Shown here piece after piece: positions 19,692 to 28,717 of a DNA stretch of 64,000 nt; position 1 is the stretch's first letter; each line of letters begins with the position of its first letter. The stretch is from Bacillota bacterium. Its GTDB lineage: Bacteria; Bacillota; Limnochordia; Darwinibacteriales; Darwinibacteriaceae. The stretch is taken from assembly GCA_012838305.1 (NCBI GenBank), contig DUPN01000092.1, forward strand, positions 5,315-69,314. The letters run 5' to 3'. The translations under genes and the position numbers were made by a program. The notes beneath the pieces were generated by a model. The model made no database searches and was not told the DNA's origin. It saw only the letters and a program-made list of their open reading frames with translations.

Positions 19692-21494
19692 ATGAAACAG
19701 CTTCAAAGACGAGAGGAGATAGCTCCTGATCTGAAATGGCGCCTGGAGGATATTTACCCGAGCGATCAGGAGTGGGAACAGGATCTGGCCAAATTGAAGG
19801 CGAGCAAACAGAGTGTACTGGATGTAAGGGGTACCCTTACATCGGGTGAGAATTTGCTCCGGGCTTTGCAGATTCAAGACGAGATAGGCTTGCTGGCGGA
19901 CCGCGTGATCGCCTATTCGCATATGCGTAAGGACGAAGATAACACGAATTCTCGGTACCAAGCTCATGCGGCCCAAGCCATGGCTGTCGCGGTCGAGCTT
20001 AGCGCCGCACGCTCCTTTTTCCTCCCTGAAATCCTGGCCCTCGATCCGGATCAGGTCAAGGGATGGATTCAGGAGACCCCTGGTCTTCAGGTTTACGCGC
20101 ATTATCTAGAAAACATCCTGCGCCTGCAGCCCCATACCCTCCCTGCGGAGCAGGAAGAGCTTCTGGCAGCGGCTGGGGAAATGGCGCAAGCGCCTGGCAA
20201 CATCTTTCGGATGTTCAACAACGCTGATCTCAAGTTCCCAGAGGTAAAAAATGATCATGGCGAAGTGGTGGAGTTAACCCATGGGCGCTATGGCCAGCTC
20301 CTCGAATCGCAGCAGCGTGAGGTTCGCAAGGGAGCCTTTGACGCCCTCTATGCGACGTACGCCTCTTGGAAGAACACCTTAGGAGCCACGTTTGTGGCCT
20401 CTGCAAAAAAGGAGCTATATTTTGCACGGGCACGCAAATACCGATCGTCTCTCGAGGCGGCCCTGTACGAAGATAATGTGGCCCCTGAGGTATACACGAA
20501 CCTGGTCAGCTCCATTCATGATCATCTGCCTCTGCTGCATCGCTATGTACGTTTGCGCAAGAAGCTGTTGGGTTTGGAAGAACTGCATATGTACGACCTC
20601 TATGTGCCCATGGTTGCGGATCAGGATATGGAGATACCACGCCAAGAAGCAGTAGGTATGGTTCAAACAGGTCTACATCACCTCGGTGCACAGTACCTAA
20701 GCGATCTGGACAAGAGTTTTACCGATGGCTGGATTGACTGGTTGGAGAACCGGGGGAAGACAAGTGGTGCCTATTCCTGGGGGACTTACGGCGTGCACCC
20801 CTATGTGCTTCTTAACTACCAAGAAACTCTCAACGACGTATTTACCTTGGCCCACGAACTCGGTCATGCCATGCACACCTTCTATTCCGACAAGAACCAG
20901 GAGTTCGTGAACGCGGGCTACACCATTTTCGTGGCTGAAGTGGCATCGACGCTCAATGAAGCGCTGCTCATGGATGATTTGCTCCGGAAGACGAAAGATC
21001 CGAAAAAACGGGCCTACCTTCTCAACCACTTTTTAGAACAGTATAGGGGGACCGTTTTCCGGCAGACCATGTTTGCTGAGTTTGAGATGATCGTCCACGG
21101 CAAAATCGGTGAAGGCGAATCTCTCACCAGTGAGGTCCTGTCCGAAATCTACTACGATTTGAACAAGAAATACTACGGAGAAGATATTGTTGTGGACGAA
21201 GCGATAGCCATGGAGTGGGCCAGAATCCCCCATTTCTACCGCCCATTTTATGTCTACAAGTATGCGACAGGGTTTTCCGCAGCCATATCGCTGTCGCAGC
21301 AGATTCTGAAAGAGGGAGAGCCGGCGGTCCAACGATACCTGGAGTTCCTCGGTGGCGGTGGTTCGGACTATCCCATCAATCTCTTGCAGAAGGCTGGCGT
21401 GGATATGAGTAGACCCGAACCCATCGTCCAGGCCATGGGACTTTTCGACGAGCTCTTAGGAGAACTTGAACAATTAGCCGCTACTGAGCTCTAG
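19692..21494 (+). CDS. pepF: oligoendopeptidase F (M3B family)
   Basis: 600 aa with HELGHAMH zinc motif and M3B-type N- and C-terminal regions. SD GAGGAG. Confidence 0.9.
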   Translation: MKQLQRREEIAPDLKWRLEDIYPSDQEWEQDLAKLKASKQSVLDVRGTLTSGENLLRALQIQDEIGLLADRVIAYSHMRKDEDNTNSRYQAHAAQAMAVAVELSAARSFFLPEILALDPDQVKGWIQETPGLQVYAHYLENILRLQPHTLPAEQEELLAAAGEMAQAPGNIFRMFNNADLKFPEVKNDHGEVVELTHGRYGQLLESQQREVRKGAFDALYATYASWKNTLGATFVASAKKELYFARARKYRSSLEAALYEDNVAPEVYTNLVSSIHDHLPLLHRYVRLRKKLLGLEELHMYDLYVPMVADQDMEIPRQEAVGMVQTGLHHLGAQYLSDLDKSFTDGWIDWLENRGKTSGAYSWGTYGVHPYVLLNYQETLNDVFTLAHELGHAMHTFYSDKNQEFVNAGYTIFVAEVASTLNEALLMDDLLRKTKDPKKRAYLLNHFLEQYRGTVFRQTMFAEFEMIVHGKIGEGESLTSEVLSEIYYDLNKKYYGEDIVVDEAIAMEWARIPHFYRPFYVYKYATGFSAAISLSQQILKEGEPAVQRYLEFLGGGGSDYPINLLQKAGVDMSRPEPIVQAMGLFDELLGELEQLAATEL

Positions 21495-22090
21495 AAGACG
21501 ATTTTCAAACCCAGACATTGCAGGGAGCCATCGACGGAATGGCTGTAACTAACTTGCCGCTGTTTGCCGCCTTTGGACGTGTGATGGATCTCGTAGCGGA
21601 GCAGAGCGTTTTTTGCATAATGGAGATGGGCCCCTAGGGCCCATCGTTCATTTACCGCAAAGACGAGCGAACCCTCCAGGGCGAATGTCTGCTTCTGCCA
21701 GGATAAGGCGCAGTTAAGGGCGATGGGATCGGAGAGCATTTGGACGCCGCCCTGCAGTTGTACTTGCTGTGGCTTGAGCTGGTATTCCAGCCTGATGGTG
21801 CTGGAGACCACATCATCCCAAGGTACCGACCAGGCCAGCGCAAGGCGGGGATACTGCAGTGTTAGGTCCCCTGTTTCCTGGCCGGAAGTGTATTGTATTG
21901 GCAAGGACACAAACGTCTGCACATGCTCATGGGGCGCGAGTTCGATACTGAGCTGGCTGAAATACACTTGGGTATCAGTATAAGGCGAGTTCCAGACTTG
22001 ACCTTCCAGAATCCAGGCGCCCTCGCACATACTGATACCCAGTATCAGTAAAGACAGAGTAAGTGTGAAGACTTTCAAGTGGTGTCTCAT
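21491..22090 (-). CDS. secreted beta-barrel-like protein (OmpW/8-10-strand OMP-like, C-terminal ...KIVF)
   Basis: Signal peptide MRHHLKVFTLTLSLLILGISMCEGA, alternating amphipathic beta-strand pattern, C-terminal aromatic residue F. Strong SD AAGGAGGG. Lies 12 nt downstream of the C39-like gene. Confidence 0.5.
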   Translation of the reverse strand: MRHHLKVFTLTLSLLILGISMCEGAWILEGQVWNSPYTDTQVYFSQLSIELAPHEHVQTFVSLPIQYTSGQETGDLTLQYPRLALAWSVPWDDVVSSTIRLEYQLKPQQVQLQGGVQMLSDPIALNCALSWQKQTFALEGSLVFAVNERWALGAHLHYAKNALLRYEIHHTSKGGKQRQVSYSHSVDGSLQCLGLKIVF

Positions 22091-22101
22091 GGGATCCCTC
22101 C

Positions 22102-22650
22102 TTAGAATTCAGCCACAGACTGCCTCAAGAGTCTGAGGCGGTTTGCTACTGAAGCTAGAATTTTCTCCACCGTTGAAAGAGCGTTTAGCTCCGGGAAATA
22201 AAGTATGTAGCCGCTAAAGTCTTCTAGGAAGGTATCTGGAGGTACTGCTCGCACCCCTGAGGCCGGATCTGCCACAACCAGCAGCTCTTCAATCAAACCT
22301 AGTAGGACCACGTAATGCCCTTGCTCCAAGTTCCGGTGGGCGAGGATGGGACGGTTGGGGAAGTAGGTGAAGAAATGGAGGAGCTGCTCCCAGTCGAGAT
22401 TGTACCCCACTACGGACCAGCCTCGCCCTTCTAGATATCGGCCCAGACCAGCCAGGGATATGCTGCCATCTCCCTCGGGGGCTGTGAGCCTTGGTTCCAC
22501 CTCTTGTCCGGCTAAGGTCAAGAGGGTGGCCGCAGCAGCCGCTCCACAGTCCCAGGGCGTTCTTTGACTGATCAGGCCGTGATACTTAGTGGTCTCATAA
22601 GGCTGAAGACCGGTCATCAAATGGAAGAATAGGACTAACCAGATACGCAT
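22102..22650 (-). CDS. peptidase C39-like domain protein (standalone, secreted/membrane-anchored)
   Basis: Hydrophobic N-terminus MRIWLVLFFHLMTG. Catalytic Cys context QRTPWDCGAAAAATLL and His context EQGHYVVLLG typical of the C39 bacteriocin-processing peptidase domain, with no ABC transporter fusion. ATG 22650 chosen over track 22722. Confidence 0.6.
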   Translation of the reverse strand: MRIWLVLFFHLMTGLQPYETTKYHGLISQRTPWDCGAAAAATLLTLAGQEVEPRLTAPEGDGSISLAGLGRYLEGRGWSVVGYNLDWEQLLHFFTYFPNRPILAHRNLEQGHYVVLLGLIEELLVVADPASGVRAVPPDTFLEDFSGYILYFPELNALSTVEKILASVANRLRLLRQSVAEF

Positions 22651-22913
22651 CAACTCCTTTCCTTCAGTGTAGAACGAACGCATTAAGTTGTCAATAGAAT
22701 TCAGAAAAGAAAGCAATATCAATGAAAATTTTAGAATGTATCAGATAGAATCTGTGAGGGAGGAGACTGCACAAACGTTGCGAATTACCCAATAATGGAA
22801 GAACAAACAAAGTGTGAAGGCAGGCTTCTGAAGTCGGTTATGCCTATGCGTGCAAGGGGGTGCTGAATAGGGAGTTTTCCTTAGTACAGCTGAAGCCTAA
22901 GGAGGAGATCGCT

Positions 22914-23765
22914 TTGAATCAACGGGCCAATACCCTGTTACACATTGAAAGTATCTATCCCACTCTCACACCGGCTGAACGCCGGGTAGCCGATGAGGTA
23001 GTGCGCAATCCCCACCATGTGGTGCACTGGTCCATTACCGAACTGGCCAAACGGGCAGGGGTAAGTGATGCCACAGTGGTCAAGTTCTGCAAACGCTTGG
23101 GCTACAAGGGTTTCCAGGAGTTCAAGATTCTATTAGCCCAGGACGTGGCGGTTAGGCCGTTCCTTGCGCAAGGAGAAGTAGAGCCTGGCAATGATGTTCG
23201 CACCATTAAGGAAAAGATCTTCCAAGCCAATATTACCGCCCTGCAAAATACAGTTCAGGTGCTGGATGACGAAGCCCTTGAGGCCGCCGTGGAGGCCTTG
23301 GTCAAGGCGAGAGAGATTCACTTTTACGGTCTGGGGCCTTCGGGCATAGCAGCCCTCGATGCGGAACAGAAGTTTTCTCGGATCGGGCGGAGGGCCAGCG
23401 CCGTTGTGGACACGCATATGCAAATTACCCGTGCCGTGATGCTCCAACCTGGGGATGTCGTCATCGGTATATCTGCTTCGGGGGACACGAGCGAGATCGC
23501 GGCCGCTCTCAGGGCGGCCAGACAAAGCGGTGCGTTGGCGATTGCCTTAACCAATCACTCTTGGTCACGGGTGGCGAAGGAGGCGGATCTAGTCTTGTTG
23601 ACTTACACTCCATGGAATCGCTTTACCAAGGGGCTTATAGCCTCGCGCATTTCCCAGTTTACGACTATCGACGCTTTGTCTATGGCCGTAGCGTCCTTTG
23701 ATGTCAGCCGTTCCCAAGAAGTGCTGGAAAAAACGACCGAGATTCTTGCCCGGCGTATTACATAA
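22914..23765 (+). CDS. MurR/RpiR family transcriptional regulator (HTH + SIS domain)
   Basis: N-terminal HTH_6 (LTPAERRVADEVVRNPHHVVHWSITELAKRAGVSDATVVKFCKRLGYKGFQEFK) and a C-terminal SIS domain. TTG 22914 with AGGAGG SD; track GTG 22860 has no spacing. Confidence 0.85.
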   Translation: MNQRANTLLHIESIYPTLTPAERRVADEVVRNPHHVVHWSITELAKRAGVSDATVVKFCKRLGYKGFQEFKILLAQDVAVRPFLAQGEVEPGNDVRTIKEKIFQANITALQNTVQVLDDEALEAAVEALVKAREIHFYGLGPSGIAALDAEQKFSRIGRRASAVVDTHMQITRAVMLQPGDVVIGISASGDTSEIAAALRAARQSGALAIALTNHSWSRVAKEADLVLLTYTPWNRFTKGLIASRISQFTTIDALSMAVASFDVSRSQEVLEKTTEILARRIT

Positions 23766-23797
23766 AGAAGGCGAACTGACAACAAAGGAGTAGACGC

Positions 23798-26194
23798 ATG
23801 CGATACGGATACTTTGATAATGCACAGAGGGAGTATGTCATTAAGCGTCCTGATACTCCTGTTTCATGGACAAACTACTTAGGTGTCAAAGACTTCTGCA
23901 CAGTAATCTCCCAGAACGCAGGGGGCTACTCATTTTATAAGACGCCCCAGCATGGGCGGATCACTCGTTTTCGGCCTAACGCGATTCCTTTGGATCGTCC
24001 TGGCCATTATCTCTACCTGCGAGATGATCAATCAGGTCAGTATTGGTCCGTCTCTTGGCAGCCCGTCGGTATACCCTTGGATCAAGCTGCCTATCGGTGT
24101 AGGCATGGCCTTTCGTATTCTGTGTTTTCCTGTGCCCACCAAGGCCTGAAGGCAGAGCAAACTCTGTTTGTCCCTGTCGATGATGATGTCGAGCTGTGGA
24201 ATGTGAAGATTCGCAACGATTCCGATGCCACTCGCTGCCTCAGCGTTTTTTCCTATGTGGAGTTTTCGTTTCATCACATTGATATTGACAACCAGAACTT
24301 CCAGATGAGTCTCTATGCCAGTGGCTGCGATTACCAAGACGGTGTTGTGGAATACGATTTTTTTTATGAGCCTTGGACCTTTCACTACTTCACCGGTAAT
24401 TTCGAGCCCGACAGCTATGACACTTTGCGAGATCAATTCATAGGCCCCTATCGCACCGAGACGAATCCAAGGGCCGTGGAGGCCGGTCAGTGCTCCAATC
24501 AGAGTGAACTAGGGGGCAATCACTGTGCTGCCCTCCACAAGAGGATATCTCTAGCCCCCGGAGAAGAAAAGCGGCTAATCTATATGTTGGGGGTAGGCGA
24601 TAGGGCGGCGGGGCAAAGAATGAGGGAGAAATATGCCGAGCCCAGTAGAGTTGACGAGGCTTTCCAAAAACTGAGGGAGTATTGGCAGACCAAACTGGAT
24701 GTGTTTCAATGTCGGACTCCCCACCCAGGGCTAGACACCATGGTTAACACCTGGACGCTCTACCAGGCGGAGACCTGTGTGGTCTGGTCTCGGTTTGCTT
24801 CCTTCATCGAAGTAGGAGGCCGTACGGGTTTGGGGTATCGTGACACGGCTCAGGACATTATGAGCGTGCCCCACACAAATCCGGCGAAGGTACGCCAGCG
24901 CATTGGTGAGCTTTTGAGGGCGCAGGTACAGGCAGGATATGGACTCCACCTCTTTGAACCCGAACTTTTTGACCCTAATCGACCTGCTCCTCGCAAGTTC
25001 AAGTCGCCCACTGTCGTGCCGGAACCATCGAAGAGCAGCTTAATCCATGGTTTGGAGGACACTTGCTCTGACGATCATCTATGGCTTGTTCCGGCCATCT
25101 GCCAGTATGTCAAAGAAACAGGTGAGCTGGACTTTTTCCAGGAGGTGTATCCCTTTGCCAACGGTGATCAGGGCACAGTGTATGAGCACCTCCGGCGGGC
25201 GCTGGATTTTTCTGCGGAGCAGGTTGGGAAAACAGGGGTATGCAAGGGCTTGCGAGCGGATTGGAATGACTGTCTCAACTTGGGGGGCGGCGAAAGCGCC
25301 ATGGTGTCCTTCCTGCATTTCTGGGCGCTCCAGGCTTTCATTGAAGCTGCTTTGCATCTGGGGCACTTGGATGATGCGGAGCACTATGCCGCCGTGGCTG
25401 AAAGGGTACGCCAAACGTGTGAAGAACACCTTTGGGACGGAAAGTGGTACTTGCGCGGCTTTACGTCCAAAGGGGACAAAATCGGCAGCCAGGAAAATGC
25501 AGAGGGCCAAGTACATCTGGAGTCTAACTCCTTAGCGGTTCTCTCCGGAGCGGCCTCACGGGAGCGGGGTTTTTCCTGCATGGATGCGGTCAACCGTTAT
25601 CTGTATTCTGATAGAGGTATCCACTTGGTCTGGCCCGCCTATACCCAGCCCGACGATGAGGTGGGCTTTGTGACCAGAGTCTATCCGGGAATCAAGGAGA
25701 ACGGGGCTATCTTCAGCCATCCCAATCCGTGGGCCGTGATCGCCGAATGCCGGTTGGGCCGGGGTGGACGAGCGATGAAATTCTACGATGCCCTGCTGCC
25801 GTACAATCAGAACGACCAGATCGAGATACGTCAAGCAGAACCGTATTCGTATTGCCAGTTCATTATCGGTCGGGACCACAGTGCATATGGCCGGGCTCGG
25901 CATCCCTGGCTAACTGGCAGCGCGGGCTGGGCTTATACCGCGGCTACGCAATGGATTTTAGGCATTCGGCTCGCCTTCGACGGTCTGATCATTGATCCAT
26001 GTATACCAGCAGACTGGCCTGGGTTTGAGGTGACTCGAGAGTGGCGAGGAGCGGTCTACAACATTACCGTCAGAAATCCCCATGGCGTAGAGAAGGGTAT
26101 TAGGACGATGACACTAAACGGTGAACCGATAGAAGGCAGCATCCCGCAGCAGAGACCGGGGACGTCCCATACCATTATTGTCACCATGGGCTAA
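23798..26194 (+). CDS. glycoside hydrolase family 94 phosphorylase (cellobiose/chitobiose phosphorylase-like)
   Basis: 798 aa with N-terminus MRYGYFDNAQREYVIKRPDTPVSWTNYLG...ISQNAGGYSFY characteristic of GH94. SD AAAGGAG. Confidence 0.85.
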   Translation: MRYGYFDNAQREYVIKRPDTPVSWTNYLGVKDFCTVISQNAGGYSFYKTPQHGRITRFRPNAIPLDRPGHYLYLRDDQSGQYWSVSWQPVGIPLDQAAYRCRHGLSYSVFSCAHQGLKAEQTLFVPVDDDVELWNVKIRNDSDATRCLSVFSYVEFSFHHIDIDNQNFQMSLYASGCDYQDGVVEYDFFYEPWTFHYFTGNFEPDSYDTLRDQFIGPYRTETNPRAVEAGQCSNQSELGGNHCAALHKRISLAPGEEKRLIYMLGVGDRAAGQRMREKYAEPSRVDEAFQKLREYWQTKLDVFQCRTPHPGLDTMVNTWTLYQAETCVVWSRFASFIEVGGRTGLGYRDTAQDIMSVPHTNPAKVRQRIGELLRAQVQAGYGLHLFEPELFDPNRPAPRKFKSPTVVPEPSKSSLIHGLEDTCSDDHLWLVPAICQYVKETGELDFFQEVYPFANGDQGTVYEHLRRALDFSAEQVGKTGVCKGLRADWNDCLNLGGGESAMVSFLHFWALQAFIEAALHLGHLDDAEHYAAVAERVRQTCEEHLWDGKWYLRGFTSKGDKIGSQENAEGQVHLESNSLAVLSGAASRERGFSCMDAVNRYLYSDRGIHLVWPAYTQPDDEVGFVTRVYPGIKENGAIFSHPNPWAVIAECRLGRGGRAMKFYDALLPYNQNDQIEIRQAEPYSYCQFIIGRDHSAYGRARHPWLTGSAGWAYTAATQWILGIRLAFDGLIIDPCIPADWPGFEVTREWRGAVYNITVRNPHGVEKGIRTMTLNGEPIEGSIPQQRPGTSHTIIVTMG

Positions 26195-26198
26195 ATGA

Positions 26199-27037
26199 CT
26201 AGACGACTTGGGGAATAGAGGCTCTTATACCGATGGCATCAAGGGTTTGGCGTACCTGCCGCTCATCGAAGGCCAGGCGCCCAGCCTTCCAACAGGGCAA
26301 GGTGGGTACATCCTGCGCGATGGTGGCTAGGTACTTATACAGAAGGGCTTCTTCTTCTCTTTCAGCCATGTTTTGCCCGGCCTTGCCTGGCAAAAGGTGT
26401 GCATGTTCGATCACGCCTTCCAGAGAACCATAGGCTGCCAACCAACGCTTGGCGGTTTTTGGTCCCACTAAAGGGATCCCAGGAATGTTGTCGCTGGCAT
26501 CTCCCATTAAGGCCTTTAGGTCAGGTACAAGTTGAGGGGACACCCCCATCTCATGCTGGACCAAATCTGGAGTGAAGACTTTGTTGGCTCTGCTATTGGG
26601 TGCAATCACGGTTACATTCTCCGACACAAGCTGCAGAGCATCATGGTCGGTGGTCACAATATAGCAGTGGGTGCCGCCAGGTGCATGCTTGGAAATGGTG
26701 CCGATGATGTCGTCGGCCTCGTATCCCGCGAGTTTGACCAAAGGGGCGCCTAAGCTGTGAATCACTTCCTCTATCAGGGATATCTGGCTACGCAGTTCCT
26801 CTGGCATAGGAGGTCGTTGGGCCTTATACTCGGGGAAGAGCTGATGACGGAAGGTGGGGCTCGGATGATCCGATGCCACGAACAAGAAGTCCGGTCGAAA
26901 TTGATCCATCAATCCGGTCATTGTATTGTAGAAACCAAGGACGGCATTGATGTTCTGACCGTCTTGCCGCTTAATCGTTATTGGTAATCCATAGAAAGCG
27001 CGGTATACTAGAGAAAAACAGTCCAAGATCAGGCAGG
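26199..27037 (-). CDS. 5'-3' exonuclease (Pol I N-terminal domain-like, flap endonuclease)
   Basis: LILDCFSLVYRAFYGLP N-terminus, ...ASDNIPGIPLVGPKTA helix-hairpin-helix region. TTG start 27037 with SD AAGGAG at 8 nt. The track's 38-aa N-terminal extension was rejected. Confidence 0.85.
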
Positions 27038-27126
27038 TTCTAGGCAAGTGAATGACTCCTTTGGATAGCACTTCCCATCTAGTATAGCACATTTTTTGTG
27101 AACAGACTGTGAGAGGAGGATGAATA

Positions 27127-27528
27127 ATGCACACGGCGGTGGAGAAAGCCCTTCAACTGAAACATATCGCGGTGGTGGGACTAAGCAAGGATCCGGCCAA
27201 GGCCGCGCACAGCGTACCCCGCTATCTTCAGCACCACGGCTACAAGATCTATCCCGTAAATCCCTATGGTGGAGAGGAGCTCCTGGGGGAAAAGGTCTAT
27301 GACACAACGAGTGCGATCGAAGGTCCCGTGGATTTGGTAGTGGTGTTCAGGCCTTCCAAAGACGTTCCACCAGTGGTGGAAGATGCCCTCAAGCGCCAGG
27401 ACTTGCAGGGTATTTGGCTTCAGGAGGGTATCACAAGTCCCGAGGCTGAAAAATGGGCCCAGGAAAGAGGCCTAGTCTTCGTGCAAGACAAGTGCATGTT
27501 TAAGGAACACAGGAGATATATGCGGTAG
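27127..27528 (+). CDS. CoA-binding protein (YccU/YneT family)
   Basis: 133 aa, KHIAVVGLSKDPAKAAHSV...YKIYPVNP Rossmann-like CoA-binding motif. SD GAGAGGAGGA. Confidence 0.85.
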   Translation: MHTAVEKALQLKHIAVVGLSKDPAKAAHSVPRYLQHHGYKIYPVNPYGGEELLGEKVYDTTSAIEGPVDLVVVFRPSKDVPPVVEDALKRQDLQGIWLQEGITSPEAEKWAQERGLVFVQDKCMFKEHRRYMR

Positions 27529-27538
27529 GAGTGATGGC

Positions 27539-28717
27539 GTGGACTGGAAAGCACAGATTAGTGCAGCGATCGATGCAAAGCGAGCCCTGCTCGAAGAAAT
27601 AGCTCTGAGTATAGGCCAACATCCGGAGCTAGGTTTTCATGAGGTACACGCCTCTAGACTGCTGGCTGGAACATTGGAAAAAGAAGGGTTCCAGATCAAG
27701 CGGGGCATCGCCGGACTGGAAACAGCCTTTTCTGGCAGTTATGGTCGAGGTCGCCCCAATATTGCTCTGCTCTGCGAGTATGATGCCTTGCCGGAACTGG
27801 GTCATGCTTGCGGCCATAATCTCATTTCCGCAGCCAGTCTTGGCGCAGCTCTAGGCTTGGCCCCTTTCCTTGATCGTCTAGACGGCAGGGTGACTGTCTT
27901 GGGAACTCCTGCTGAAGAAACCGGGAGCGGCAAAGTGATTCTGGTAAAGGACGGCTTCTTCCAAGATGTGGACGCAGCTATGATGTTTCATCCTTCTGCG
28001 CGGAATTTGCTCATGGCCACCAGCAATGCACTTGATGCCTATGAGTTTGAGTTCAGCGGTAAGGCCGCCCATGCCGCCGACTCCCCTGAAGAGGGAATCA
28101 ACGCTTTGGACGGCGTGATCGCTCTTTTTGTGGGAATTAACGCCCTGCGGGAGCATTTGCCTGAAGGCGTACGTATACATGGTATTATCTCCGAAGGGGG
28201 AACAGCTCCCAACATTGTCCCTGATCGGGCAGTGGCCCGATTTTATATCCGCGCTCCCCGGCGTACCCAGCTCGATTGGGTCACCGCCAAAGTGCTCAAG
28301 GTGGCGGAGGGAGCAGCACTGATGACTGGCTCCAAGGTGGCTTGGCATGCGTTTGAACTGGGTACCGACAACATGATGCCCAGCGATTCTCTGTCCCTAG
28401 CCTTCGGGAGTAATCTGCAAAGGCTTGGGGTCACAGATATTGAAGAGTTCTGTGAAGGACGGGGTTCCTCTGACATGGGCAATGTGTCCAGGGTTGTCCC
28501 AGCCATTCACCCGTATTTAAGTATAGGTGATGGGCTGATCGCTCATACTGCGGAATTTGCCCAGGCTAGCCAGGGCCCGCAAGGCTTGCAGGTAGCTGTT
28601 CTAGCTGCAAAAGCCTTGGCCCACACTGCTGTTGATCTCCTTACCGATCCAAGTATCCTTGAGGCAGCCCGCAGGGAACATAGGAGACTTCTGAGCAAGG
28701 AGTCTGGTACCCTATGA
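27539..28717 (+). CDS. M20 family amidohydrolase/peptidase (M20D, AbgB/HipO-like)
   Basis: 392 aa with metal-binding HACGHN and typical M20D dimerisation-domain layout. GTG start with SD AGGAGTG. Confidence 0.85.
   Translation: MDWKAQISAAIDAKRALLEEIALSIGQHPELGFHEVHASRLLAGTLEKEGFQIKRGIAGLETAFSGSYGRGRPNIALLCEYDALPELGHACGHNLISAASLGAALGLAPFLDRLDGRVTVLGTPAEETGSGKVILVKDGFFQDVDAAMMFHPSARNLLMATSNALDAYEFEFSGKAAHAADSPEEGINALDGVIALFVGINALREHLPEGVRIHGIISEGGTAPNIVPDRAVARFYIRAPRRTQLDWVTAKVLKVAEGAALMTGSKVAWHAFELGTDNMMPSDSLSLAFGSNLQRLGVTDIEEFCEGRGSSDMGNVSRVVPAIHPYLSIGDGLIAHTAEFAQASQGPQGLQVAVLAAKALAHTAVDLLTDPSILEAARREHRRLLSKESGTL

Noticed and set aside
21491-22090. Calling the beta-barrel-like protein an outer-membrane porin outright
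   Set aside because: The window has no other diderm markers, so I report only barrel-like features and leave the OM assignment open.
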